Notes: a model not told the origin generated them from the letters alone. Counted from the whole stretch's first letter, positions 24,121 through 36,880 are shown. The stretch is 62,927 nt of DNA, filler included, from Octopus bimaculoides (GCF_001194135.2; 5 parts of 3 records of this genome joined end to end with filler, not necessarily neighbours in it), one strand, 5' to 3'. A program made the numbers and translations.

Positions 24121-24879
24121 GTCTGACTTTTACTGTTTATATAACTATTTATTACCCAAGTTCTGATCTTAGTGCAGTAGAAGGCGTGCTTCTCTAAACT
24201 ATACGACAGGAAATAATTACTTAATTGTGCTATTATTTACCGAACACACGTACACTATAATGGCCAATTGACCACACAAGATTTTGCTTATACAATGGCG
24301 AACGAAGCGATTTTCTTTCGAAACTTGGTGGTCTTCTTTTATTTACTTGTTTGTTTATTTATTACCTGCGCAATAATTCAGATCTTCCAATGATTCTACA
24401 AAAGTAAAACGGAAGAAAGACAGAAAGGATGAATTATTAGAATATAAGGGTGTTGTAGGCTGAGTCGTAGGGAGAGTATGGGAAGGAAAAAGCATGGGTA
24501 GAAGTTTATGATTGAATGACGCAGAAAACCTGTAGAAGAAAGAAAAAAAGAGCGCAAAAGAGAATTTTAGAAATAGGTAAAAAGAAAAAACACCATTGAA
24601 ATGTAGGGGAATTTGTAGATTCGTTCACTCTCTTTTGCGTCATAGAATAGTCAAAACGTTGGGAAAATACCTTGCAGTATTTCTTCCGGCTCTTTAGGAA
24701 CTGAGTTCAAATTCCACCGAGATTAATTTGCCGTTCATTTTTCTGTAGTCATTAAAATAAAATGTCAAATACTGAGGCCGTAAGTGTGGCCTAGAACCAT
24801 CACCACAAAATTGCTCTGATTGTGCCTCAATCAGAAATCTATATTATTTATTATTATTATCATTATTATTATTATTATT

Positions 24880-25623
24880 TTGGTTTGACTCAGGTTCAGT
24901 CTTATTCTTGGTAAGATTTATGTGGGTAGCGGGTTAGTACCAGTAACCTTAGGTATCCATAAGTTTTCAGCAGTCTTTCAAGTGCTTAGAACCCTCCTGA
25001 TAAATTTTGCTGTCCCTAAGAGACAAACTTTCTGTAGGAGCTCTACCGGGCATTCTATTTCAATCTCCTTCAGCCATTTGTCTATATCTTGGCTTACTAT
25101 TCTCAACGAACCAGTTATTATAGGCACGATCTTTACTGTTCTTACTGTTCCTATTTCAAATTTTAAAGGGTTGTATTTTTTTCTTCCTCTTTCTTTACAA
25201 CCCTGAAATCAAACGGGCATGGTGGATCGATAAGTAAGTAAGCAATTGTTATGTCTGGTCTATTATTTTCTAACTTCTTGTCCATTTGAATAGGTAAGTC
25301 CAACAAAATCTTACATTTCTCCGACTCCAATACTCTTTCGACTTGATGATTGTATCATGGGTTTCAAGTTTCAAATCTTCATATCTGGCACAGTTTCCAG
25401 AGTAAAACTTTTACAATCTGGTTGTGCTTCAATTTTTTATATTCTTCCTGTGTCAACTTGGGTCATTCTGTCACAATGTGTGCCACTGTATCGTTCCAAG
25501 TTTCACAGGCTCTACATTTTTCTGAAACATTCTCTCCATATATATTTTTTCTCAAGTTGTTTGTTTTTATCGCTTGATCTTGGATTGCTACAATTAGGCG
25601 GTCTGTTTTTTTTTAACTGCCCC

Positions 25624-25625
<2 letters not shown>
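24880..25625 (-). mobile_element. 5'-truncated, decayed R4/Dong-clade element embedded in (TAA)n
   Basis: Minus-strand motifs LIVAIQDQAIKTN, CRACETWNDTVAHIVTE, NNRPDI, CPFDFRVVKKEEEK, LLQKVCLLGTAKFIRRVLS; (ATT)n on both sides (24843-24879, 25626-25671). Confidence 0.88.
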
Positions 25626-25671
<46 letters not shown>

Positions 25672-26426
25672 GTGTGAGAGAGCAGTGTATGCCNNNNNNN
25701 NNNNNNNNNNNNNNNNNNNNNNNNNNNNNNNNNNNNNNNNNNNNNNNNNNNNNNNNNNNNNNNNNNNNNNNNNNNNNNNNNNNNNNNNNNNNNNNNNNNN
25801 NNNNNNNNNNNNNNNNNNNNNNNNNNNNNNNNNNNNNNNNNNNNNNNNNNNNNNNNNNNNNNNNNNNNNNNNNNNNNNNNNNNNNNNNNNNNNNNNNNNN
25901 NNNNNNNNNNNNNNNNNNNNNNNNNNNNNNNNNNNNNNNNNNNNNNNNNNNNNNNNNNNNNNNNNNNNNNNNNNNNNNNNNNNNNNNNNNNNNNNNNNNN
26001 NNNNNNNNNNNNNNNNNNNNNNNNNNNNNNNNNNNNNNNNNNNNNNNNNNNNNNNNNNNNNNNNNNNNNNNNNNNNNNNNNNNNNNNNNNNNNNNNNNNN
26101 NNNNNNNNNNNNNNNNNNNNNNNNNNNNNNNNNNNNNNNNNNNNNNNNNNNNNNNNNNNNNNNNNNNNNNNNNNNNNNNNNNNNNNNNNNNNNNNNNNNN
26201 NNNNNNNNNNNNNNNNNNNNNNNNNNNNNNNNNNNNNNNNNNNNNNNNNNNNNNNNNNNNNNNNNNNNNNNNNNNNNNNNNNNNNNNNNNNNNNNNNNNN
26301 NNNNNNNNNNNNNNNNNNNNNNNNNNNNNNNNNNNNNNNNNNNNNNNNNNNNNNNNNNNNNNNNNNNNNNNNNNNNNNNNNNNNNNNNNNNNNNNNNNNN
26401 NNNNNNNNNNNNNNNNNNNNNNNNNN

Positions 26427-26495
<69 letters not shown>

Positions 26496-26719
26496 TGTTC
26501 ATTACAGATTTTAGAAATTGAGCAATATACTGCAGTATTCGTCCAGAATACTCAACAATGTATTTACACTAAGTATGTTCCATATATGGCTATTTTGATT
26601 TAATACTGCTTCTATTGCATATAACGGGTGGCTATTCGCAATATCACTATTCACTATTTCCTATATATGGGAAATATAGTCATATAGCTAGCCCATTTCG
26701 ACCTCTGGGAAGAGGTGGT

Positions 26720-26845
26720 CTGTATTGATCTGGTTTCTGTCCTTTGACCTGTCCAACATGGAAGGCCCTACCAAGGGCTTGCACTCTGCGAGCATAACTC
26801 TCAGGGTCACTGAGATAAACAAACCACCACATCGCAACGAGGACT
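26720..26845 (-). mobile_element. RTE-clade LINE 5'-UTR-like fragment
   Basis: Minus strand CCTCGTTGCGATGTGGTGG..CAGTGACCCTGAGAGTTATGC..GGTAGGGCCTTCCATG..CAGGTCAAAGG resembles RTE 5' ends as I recall them. Confidence 0.5.
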
Positions 26846-27174
26846 GGACGTCTTATGAGACATTTTGCTTTATTTCACCTCATCAAACTACTCAATGTGT
26901 TAATTCCCTCCCTTATCTCCATTGTGCTTCAAATTAAGTATTCTTATTCACTATTTTCTTCAATACTTTTCTTTCTTCCTAGAAACGGCATCTCTTCGGA
27001 ATTTGTGTTCCCGACAATGTTTCTCTTCCAACTATTAATCTATCAAAATGTAAATTTAACATTAACCATGTTAATCTCTCTTAGTTATCCTTATTTCTCA
27101 CTCTTGGAAGGCGTGAAAAAGTTATGGCTATGCATAACTCCATTCTTTCTAGATAAATAAGAGGTGAAAATGCA

Positions 27175-27345
27175 TCTCCTCATCCTCCTCCGCCACCACC
27201 ACCACCTTCGCCGCCGCCGCCGCCACCACCACCACCACCACTACCAGCAACACCACTACACCAATCACCACAACCGCCATCACGAACGCGATCACCACCA
27301 ACACTACAATCAGCACCATCACCACTACCACCATCGCCATCGTAT
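27175..27345. repeat. (CAC/CGC/CAT)n low-complexity tract
   Basis: Trinucleotide low complexity; similar (GGT)/(TAG) tracts at 28000-28180, 29370-29417 and 30282-30660. Confidence 0.9.
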
Positions 27346-27643
27346 GTCTGGTTATTTCATTATTGCTTTTATTCATTATTGCATACTATCTTCCTTTTTT
27401 GTTCATCAATTATTTTATTTCCCTTTTCTTTTATATATTAAAATAATTCTTTTTTAGAGCTCTTAAATATATAGATTAGCTACTGTGTTGCTTAAATAGG
27501 CGTTTCGTTGTAATGACGGAGGGACCACAGTGATAGAAGCTATCAACTTCCTGTTAGGGTGTCACGAGTCACACATATCACAACAATGAGAAGAAACTGT
27601 CTGTTGAAACGCTGTTTTGGTTTGCCGTACGCCTTATTTACAG

Positions 27644-27755
27644 GTAAGGATTGCCAAATGGGTGACGGCTATAGAAATGAAGGCCAGAGTGGAAGGGTTG
27701 AGACAGCTACAAATCAAAATACAAATAGAAGCGGAATAAATATTATAATGTCAAG
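27644..27755 (+). other. Candidate 112-nt exon beginning with a 5'-splice-site-like GTAAG (recursive-splice-type architecture)
   Basis: TTTGCCGTACGCCTTATTTACAG|GTAAGG ... TCAAG|GTAAGT; open only in phase 1 (GKDCQMGDGYRNEGQSGRVETATNQNTNRSGINIIMSR). Confidence 0.35.
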
Positions 27756-28224
27756 GTAAGTTAGAATGTTACAGTGTCAAGGTAAGCTAGAATAGTAACA
27801 AAGTGGATGATATTTTCTTCAGTTTTTTTTTTTCCTTTTTCTTTTACCCCTGCCTTCTCATAGCTTTATCTACATGATAAATCCCAAAGGTATCAGTATC
27901 CTTGTCATGACGGTAAATCATGCGAGACTGTGGCGTCATGAAAGGAGGGGAGCTGAGGCAAACATAATTTGGTAGTGGTGACCGGTGTGGTTGTGTGAGG
28001 ACGAGGCTATAGATTAATGGTGGTGGGATGTCGGGAGATAAATATGAAGTGTTGATTGGGATGTTGTTGGTGGTCGTGGAGAATACGGTTAGGTTAATGG
28101 CGGCGGCGTGGTGATGGGAGTGGTGATGTTGGTGGTGATGGCGATGGTGATAATAGTCGCAACAGTGGTTGTGGTAGCTGTGTACATGCGTGTTTGTGTG
28201 TGTATATATATATATATAAACAAT

Positions 28225-28353
28225 ATATGAGTATATGCATATATATGTACATGTATGTACATACCTTCATCTACATGTACATATAGACACATATCTGGGT
28301 ACATGACGTTGCAAAAGAACATGGACAAAATAATAAACAAGGTACAACAAACA
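28225..28353. repeat. Dispersed repeat, second copy at 35225-35375
   Basis: Shared ATGAGTATATGCATATAT..GTACATACCT.CATCTACATG..ATATCTGGGTACA.GACGT..CAAAA. Confidence 0.7.
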
Positions 28354-28839
28354 NNNNNNNNNNNNNNNNNNNNNNNNNNNNNNNNNNNNNNNNNNNNNNN
28401 NNNNNNNNNNNNNNNNNNNNNNNNNNNNNNNNNNNNNNNNNNNNNNNNNNNNNNNNNNNNNNNNNNNNNNNNNNNNNNNNNNNNNNNNNNNNNNNNNNNN
28501 NNNNNNNNNNNNNNNNNNNNNNNNNNNNNNNNNNNNNNNNNNNNNNNNNNNNNNNNNNNNNNNNNNNNNNNNNNNNNNNNNNNNNNNNNNNNNNNNNNNN
28601 NNNNNNNNNNNNNNNNNNNNNNNNNNNNNNNNNNNNNNNNNNNNNNNNNNNNNNNNNNNNNNNNNNNNNNNNNNNNNNNNNNNNNNNNNNNNNNNNNNNN
28701 NNNNNNNNNNNNNNNNNNNNNNNNNNNNNNNNNNNNNNNNNNNNNNNNNNNNNNNNNNNNNNNNNNNNNNNNNNNNNNNNNNNNNNNNNNNNNNNNNNNN
28801 ATATATATATATATATATATGTATAAAGATATATTTACA

Positions 28840-28887
<48 letters not shown>

Positions 28888-29030
28888 ACATGCACACATA
28901 TACATACGCGCAAACACACACACACATACACACGCACACACACACAAAGGTAAGACTTACATATTTGTGAGTATTCGTGCGAGTGTGTTTGCAACTCTTT
29001 CACTCACTCACTCTCTCTCTCTCTACATAC

Positions 29031-29084
<54 letters not shown>

Positions 29085-29374
29085 GTCTGTACGTCCCTGT
29101 GTACGCGCATGTGTATATGTATGTATGTATGTGTGCGAACGCGCGCGCGTGTCTGTCTGCGCGTATGTATATATGTGTGCATGTATTGTCATGTGTCTAT
29201 GCATGTATGTGTGCGCTCTCATGTGTGAAAATCCTATAGATAATTAACAAAAAAAAAAAAGAAAACAGACAACAGATAAGAGCAACACAAAATAATACAA
29301 GAAAAAAATAAAAACAAGATAAACAATTTTAATTTGCGGTAGGTATCACCGAGAAGACGTTGTTACAATAGTGA

Positions 29375-29417
<43 letters not shown>

Positions 29418-30307
29418 NNNNNNNNNNNNNNNNNNNNNNNNNNNNNNNNNNNNNNNNNNNNNNNNNNNNNNNNNNNNNNNNNNNNNNNNNNNNNNNNNNN
29501 NNNNNNNNNNNNNNNNNNNNNNNNNNNNNNNNNNNNNNNNNNNNNNNNNNNNNNNNNNNNNNNNNNNNNNNNNNNNNNNNNNNNNNNNNNNNNNNNNNNN
29601 NNNNNNNNNNNNNNNNNNNNNNNNNNNNNNNNNNNNNNNNNNNNNNNNNNNNNNNNNNNNNNNNNNNNNNNNNNNNNNNNNNNNNNNNNNNNNNNNNNNN
29701 NNNNNNNNNNNNNNNNNNNNNNNNNNNNNNNNNNNNNNNNNNNNNNNNNNNNNNNNNNNNNNNNNNNNNNNNNNNNNNNNNNNNNNNNNNNNNNNNNNNN
29801 NNNNNNNNNNNNNNNNNNNNNNNNNNNNNNNNNNNNNNNNNNNNNNNNNNNNNNNNNNNNNNNNNNNNNNNNNNNNNNNNNNNNNNNNNNNNNNNNNNNN
29901 NNNNNNNNNNNNNNNNNNNNNNNNNNNNNNNNNNNNNNNNNNNNNNNNNNNNNNNNNNNNNNNNNNNNNNNNNNNNNNNNNNNNNNNNNNNNNNNNNNNN
30001 NNNNNNNNNNNNNNNNNNNNNNNNNNNNNNNNNNNNNNNNNNNNNNNNNNNNNNNNNNNNNNNNNNNNNNNNNNNNNNNNNNNNNNNNNNNNNNNNNNNN
30101 NNNNNNNNNNNNNNNNNNNNNNNNNNNNNNNNNNNNNNNNNNNNNNNNNNNNNNNNNNNNNNNNNNNNNNNNNNNNNNNNNNNNNNNNNNNNNNNNNNNN
30201 NNNNNNNNNNNNNNNNNNNNNNNNNNNNNNNNNNNNNNNNNNNNNNNNNNNNNNNNNNNNNNNNNNNNNNNNNNNNNNNNNNTGGTAGCAACAGTAACAG
30301 CGGCAAC

Positions 30308-30351
<44 letters not shown>

Positions 30352-30441
30352 TAGTAGTAGTTGTAGTGGTAGTAGTGTTGGTGGTGGCTGTGATGGTGCT
30401 AGTGGTTATGGTGTTAGTGTGATGGGGATGGCTGTCGTTCT

Positions 30442-30500
<59 letters not shown>

Positions 30501-30798
30501 GGATGGGGGTGGAGGTGATGGTATTTTGTTGTGTTGGTGGTGAAGATGGTGTTGTTGGGATATTGCTGTATTGGTGATGGTGTAGGTGGTGACGTTGCAA
30601 TGGTGGGGTGACGGTGTCGGTAATGATGTGTAGTGATATTACGATGGTGATGATGGTGTCAAAGACAATGTTATTCTCGAGGTTCTGGTGGCAGAGGTGG
30701 GTGACATTATTATATCAATGGCGGTGGTATGCGATCTGAACGTCGTTAAGATCCTTTCCGCCTCGTTTTCGTCTTTTCTCCGCTTACGGTCATTACAG

Positions 30799-30822
30799 AA
30801 TAATTACAACTCTTATTTCACG
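30799..30822 (+). other. Candidate 24-nt microexon
   Basis: Long pyrimidine tract ending CATTACAG, exon AATAATTACAACTCTTATTTCACG (NNYNSYFT in phase 0), donor GTAAAC. Confidence 0.3.
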
Positions 30823-31037
30823 GTAAACTTTGTTTATCCGGTTCAGTCAACCTCCCTTTACCCCCTCTCTTCACTTCCAACTATCTTTTAGGTGTGACGT
30901 GTCACTCCTTTAATATATATAATATGTTTCTGTATCGATGCGCGCGCGCGCGTGTGTGTGAAGCCGTTTTAACAGAATAATAGGAGACTCATGTATATGT
31001 ATATACATATACATACATATATATATATATATATAAT

Positions 31038-31397
31038 ACCAACCACATGGTCCCGGGTTCAGTCCCACTGCGTGGCATCTTGGGCAAGTGTCTTCTACTA
31101 TAGCCTCGGGCCGACCAAAGCCTTGTGAGTGGATTTGGTAGACGGAAACTGAAAGAAGCCCGTCGTATATATGTATATATATATATATATGTATGTATGT
31201 ATGTGTTTGTGTGTCTGTGTTTGTCCCCCCAACATCGCTTGACAACCGATGCTGGTGTGTTTATGTCCCCGTAACTTAGCGGTTCGGCAAAAGAGACCGA
31301 TAGAATAAGTACTAGGCTTCTAAAGAATAAGTCCTGGGGTCGATTTGCTCGACTAAAGGCGGTGCTCCAGCATGGCCGCAGTTAAAAGACTGAAACA
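31038..31397 (+). mobile_element. SINE family A, young-looking copy
   Basis: Very close to copies at 1, 43158 and 58853. Confidence 0.92.
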
Positions 31398-31870
31398 ANN
31401 NNNNNNNNNNNNNNNNNNNNNNNNNNNNNNNNNNNNNNNNNNNNNNNNNNNNNNNNNNNNNNNNNNNNNNNNNNNNNNNNNNNNNNNNNNNNNNNNNNNN
31501 NNNNNNNNNNNNNNNNNNNNNNNNNNNNNNNNNNNNNNNNNNNNNNNNNNNNNNNNNNNNNNNNNNNNNNNNNNNNNNNNNNNNNNNNNNNNNNNNNNNN
31601 NNNNNNNNNNNNNNNNNNNNNNNNNNNNNNNNNNNNNNNNNNNNNNNNNNNNNNNNNNNNNNNNNNNNNNNNNNNNNNNNNNNNNNNNNNNNNNNNNNNN
31701 NNNNNNNNNNNNNNNNNNNNNNNNNNNAGTGGTCAACGTTATATATAAAAATGGTCCTTAATCCCCTGAGATTGCAGATACTATTTCTGAATCTCTTTGA
31801 TTCTTTAGATGTGCTGGCCTCCTGGTAATTAATCGATATTAATTAATATATGATTAATTACCATATTTTA

Positions 31871-31916
<46 letters not shown>

Positions 31917-32749
31917 AACACTTAACAACAACAATAGTAATATGAATAGGTTAGCATTGGGCTCTTAGATCCGTGGGGTCCTCCAGGAAGTTGCCCAGTG
32001 TTCTCATGGCTTAAGACGGCCCTGTATGTATATTTGTGCATCAGTATGTGTGTGTGTACGTACGTTTGTATATCTGTGTGTGTATGTGTGAGTGTGTGTG
32101 TGTGACTCTGTGTGTGCGACTCTGTGTGTGTGCATATATGTGTATGTCTGCGTATGTTTTGTCGTTGCTTCAATTCATTACATTGCTCTAGTCAACAAAT
32201 ACCAAATTATTTAGATAGACTGTGTTACTTTATGACACTATTATATTGAAATGATTATCCAGGGCAGATTGACATTTACTACTATAGAATACACACACAT
32301 ACAAACATGTATACACACAGACTAAAATACACACATCCATATACACACAAACTTTTCACACGCTTACACTGAAAGACTAACATACATGCATACTCGTACG
32401 ATAGCGATGAACAAATAGAAATAGGGTTAGTTGAAACTAAGTGAAAACACCTCTTTTTTAAGCTGAAATAAAGACCTTAGAGAGGACTGCACTACCGTGT
32501 TGTGAGAGACACCCATACTATATTTCGACCATAAAAATAAAAGAGGACCTGCTATCATTTTGTGACGGACTCTTATACTACATTTTAACCGTATCGGTGT
32601 CAGATTGTGCTGAAGATTTTCAAGCGTATAGAAAGGTTGCTGCATTTTTCACATTTTAATGTAAAAATGTTCATTAATTAGGAATATTCAATTTGTTTAG
32701 TAAATCCTATACTCAAGACTGAATACTTTTGTGCGTTGATTGTTTAGTA

Positions 32750-33006
32750 CAGTGGTTGTCAACCGGGGTTTATATGGCCTTTAGGACTCCGTATAAGATT
32801 TTCTAGTTAAAATTTATGTGCAATAAATTGCTTATACTTCTACAATACACAAAGCATTTTAATTCTTCTTATACAATTCTTAATAATATTTAATTATAAA
32901 AATGCAGTTGGATTTTTATTCATGTACATTGAATGGCTATGGAGATCGAGGAAAGTAAAATAGGAATCAAAGGAGTCCATGGGCAGAAAATGGTTGAGAA
33001 CCTCTG
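32750..33006. mobile_element. hAT MITE, uninterrupted relative of 4402-5167
   Basis: TIRs CAGTGGTTGTCAACC / GGTTGAGAACCTCTG; exact 8-bp TSD GTTTAGTA; single ATACTTCTACAATA site. Confidence 0.9.
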
Positions 33007-35375
33007 GTTTAGTAGAGAGTAGTCAGAAAGGAGCAGCAAATGATGTCTAATTAGTTCGTGTTATGTACATAGTATATGTTGAGGTAATTAGTGCATGGGG
33101 CTGGTTGGAACTAACCTCTCATCTTCAAACACATCTCTCTATCACATGTACACCAGTACATGTAGTAGCATGTAGTGACATGTAGCGGAACTGACACTAG
33201 TACTTGTTGCTGTGCTTATACGCAAAAGGAGGTCAAGAGGTTGGAATTTGAATATACGAGATAATTTTGTCAGAAAATACCCCTGTCTTGGGTTGGAAAT
33301 GAAAATGCAGGAAAAAAAATGTTGCATAATTTTCTGCACAAACAAGAGAACGTTCTAAGGTTTCCTCATGTCATGCAACGAGCTTCAATTGTTATACGAC
33401 TAGCTATTATGAAAATCTTCTTGAGAGATTCACGCTAGGTAAGAGCTGGAATCTAGAGGAAAGTAGGTGCTGGACGGTGCGGAGTTCAGGGAAGGCAAAA
33501 TAATCTCCGAAACAGGGACCAAAAAAGTTAGGGTCATGGAATCAGAAAAGTGAGGATAGTCTCTATTTGCAATGTATTCGAGGCTGCGAAGAACACTACA
33601 CCTTTTTATGTATGTGTTACTTCGAGTTCATTTTAAGGATACCTTTCTTCATGGTCCACCTCCCGGTTTTATTGGTGTGGCATGCCCCCGAACTCCACAC
33701 GGCTGTTTTTAAGCTATATTCTAGGCTACTGATCCGTTCACCAGAGATTGGTGTACTACCCTCGCACAATTCTAGTGCCATTCTTATCTCTATTTCCCTA
33801 CCCTTCTCAAAATCCGGCTTGTTCTTTGAAAATCTCATTTTGTGAGTGATTCAACTAGTTGAGAAATAATGTGGAGCAGCACTTTGCTGGCATAGCAGAT
33901 GAAGGCAACTGATCGAGTGTTACTTTTCACTCTCGAGCATCACGTGTTTGGAATAGTGATTAACACAGAATGTATCTAGTCAATCGGCCATTTTTTTTTT
34001 TTTGCCCTATTAGATAATAAAGACGATGAACGAGATCAAATCCTTACCTTCGGCCTGTAACGTTTCGTTTGATATGTCAACTGGGCTAGGCGCATTTCTG
34101 GACGCATTTCTGAAACAGTTGTAAACCTATAATAACTAAATAAATAAATGTATATAACCTTTATTTCTGTCTATCTTATTTATCATTCTGTAAAAGCATA
34201 CCATCTTAACTTGGTATCGGCTGTAACGATTCTGCTAACGTTAAACATTAACGATTCTGGCAATTCGCCGCCTCCATATATTTTGGGTTGGAGTTATTCA
34301 ACCCTACGAATTTTTCACATTTTACCGATTTTCCCAGTGGACAAAGTTGGTTCTGGCAGTATTTGTACACGGAACGTAACTTGATGTAACAAAATACTTC
34401 AAGACTTCTTAGATCAATATTTTATTATCATCACAGCTTGCCCTTAAAAATAATCGGACAGAAATGATAGTATTCCCGAAGTAGCTGCTAAATCGGTATG
34501 GCCTCGGGCGAAATGCTTTAGGTATACGGTGACGTCCCTTTGTCTCATGAATTCATATTCAACTCTTTGACTTTTATCATTGCAAAATCGATAAAATCAA
34601 TATCTATCGGTAAAATAAGTACTGCGAGGTCGATGTGATCGACCATACTCTAAAAAGTGCTGTCTTAACATGGCCACAGTCCAGTGACTGAAATCAAAGG
34701 AATTACTTTCAGAAAAACTGCCATTTTTTTCTTTTTTCATGTTACACTTTTTTTCGCTCTTTTTGCTCCTCCCTCATTCATAACGACGCCCATATACATT
34801 ATGATTCACATAATGTATCCTCCTAAACACACATCACCACCAAGACATTATTGCAGCAGAGACACTGGAAAATCAGTTGTTTCTTCCACCCAAATTCAAT
34901 ATAGTTATTCCACCCACTTACAATTTGACTGACACGTTATGATTAAAACAATACCAACCCCCATCCATATCAAATGTTACTGATATATTTTGCTCGACCT
35001 TCTAGCCATCATAGTTTCACATTTTGCCACGCCTATATACAATTATAATCGACAAGTTCTTATTACCCGGTTCAAAAAAAAGCTAACTGAAATGGTCTCT
35101 ACACAGTTATTCGATTAACTAGAGATAACAGATAAATGTCCCTCAAAACACACACATATTACCATCGTTAAAAATAACATAGTGGATAATAAAGTAGGCA
35201 AAAGAATATATATATAATACAAATAATATGTGAGTATATGCATATATACGTACATGCATGTACATACCTACATCTACATGTATATATAGATGCATATCTG
35301 GGTACAGGACGTCACAAAAAAAAAACGGACAAAATGAAAAACAGAACATAAACAGAGCACAGAAAACAAACAGGC

Positions 35376-35408
<33 letters not shown>

Positions 35409-35416
<8 letters not shown>

Positions 35417-35738
35417 TCTTGCCTACTTTAATTTCGGGATGATCACGGTTGGAATGCTTTTAATTATAGGTCTGCTACTTAAGGCGGCGAGCTGTCAGAA
35501 TCGTTAGCACGCCGGGCAAAATGCTTAGCGACTTTTCGTCCGTTTTTAGGTTGTGAGTTCAAATTCCGNNNNNNNNNNATATATTCTCTTGCCTACTTTA
35601 ATTTCGGGATGATCACGGTTGGAATGCTTTTAATTATAGGTCTGCTACTTAAGGCGGCGAGCTGTCAGAATCGTTAGCACGCCGGGCAAAATGCTTAGCG
35701 ACTTTTCGTCCGTTTTTAGGTTGTGAGTTCAAATTCCG
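35409..35738. other. Assembly artefact: 160-bp exact duplication (includes a SINE B head) around a 10-N gap
   Basis: 35409-35568 is identical to 35579-35738. Confidence 0.85.
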
Positions 35739-36071
35739 TCGAAGACGACTTTACCTTTCATCCTTTCCAAAAATTTGGAACCACTCAATGTTCTGATGGA
35801 TCAGGGTGACAAGGAAGCTATCAACAACGACAGTAGTAGCAACAGCAATAAATCTATTCGTGTATTTACATTCAATTATAGTTATTCTACTGACGGTGTT
35901 TGCTTGTTTCAGTCATTGGACAAGGGCCAAGCTGGGGCACTGCTTTATATATATTTTTAAAATCTGTACACTGCACCTCTTTTTCTTTGAATTGTTGCCG
36001 TTGTTGTTGATGTTGTTGCTGTCATTGTCATCGTTGTTGTTATTGTTGTTGTCATAGTCGATATTGTTATT

Positions 36072-36397
36072 GTTAGGGCAGCGGACTCGCGGTCATAGGA
36101 TCGCGGTTTCGATTCCCAGACCGGGCGTTGTGAGTGTTTATTGAGCGAAAACACCTAAAGCTCCACGAGGCTCCGGCAGGGGATGGTGGCGAACCCTGCT
36201 GTACTCTTCCACCATAGTTGTCGTTGTAGTCGCTGTTCTGTTGTCGCTGTTGTTTGTGAAGGCGTGTAGCTTAGTGATTAAGGGTATTTGGCTTACGATC
36301 ATAAGATCGTGAGTTCGATTTCCAGACAGGGCTGTGTGTTATGCTCTTGAGCAAGATACTTTATTTCACTTTGCTCCAGTCCACTCAGCTGGCAAAA

Positions 36398-36398
<1 letters not shown>
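36072..36398 (+). mobile_element. SINE family D fragment (36072-36212) and SINE family C head (36258-36398), then (TG)n to 36500
   Basis: D: TTAGGGCAGCGGACTCGCGG..TTTCGATTCCCAG; C: GCGTGTAGCTTAGTG..GAGTTCGATTTCC. Confidence 0.8.
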
Positions 36399-36486
<88 letters not shown>

Positions 36487-36623
36487 CGTGCGCGCGCGTG
36501 TAGAATAATATAACAGAAAGGAGGCCAAAGTCTGTGAGATAACAACTCAATCCGGAGCTGGTGGTGTCCTCCAGGTCGACAAAAGAAACTTGTTTATGTT
36601 CTGTTATGTTATTCTACACCTCC

Positions 36624-36880
36624 TAAGGCGGCGAACTGGCAGAAACGTTAGCACGCCGGGCGAAATGCTTAGCGGTATTTCGTTTGACATTACGCTCTGA
36701 CTTCAAATTCCGCCGAGGTCGACTTTGCCTTTTGTGATCGATAAATTAAGTACCAGTTACGCACTGGGGGTCGATGTAATGGACTTTATCCCTTTGTCTA
36801 TCCTTGTTTGTCCCCTCTATGTCTAGCCCCTTGTGTGCAATAAAGAAATAAGAAACGTTAGCACACCGGGCGAAATCCTT
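36624..36880 (+). mobile_element. SINE family B with a partial head duplicated after the tail
   Basis: AAGGCGGCGAACTGGCAGAAACGTTAGC...; GAAACGTTAGCACACCGGGCGAAAT repeated at about 36851. Confidence 0.85.

Noticed and set aside
27149-27457. Poly-His / poly-Val ORFs
   Set aside because: (CAC)n low-complexity tract like several others in the window; no flanking coding signal.
33617-33845. Overlapping 73-aa (-) and 92-aa (+) ORFs in unique sequence
   Set aside because: No recognisable motif or convincing splice sites; lengths expected by chance.
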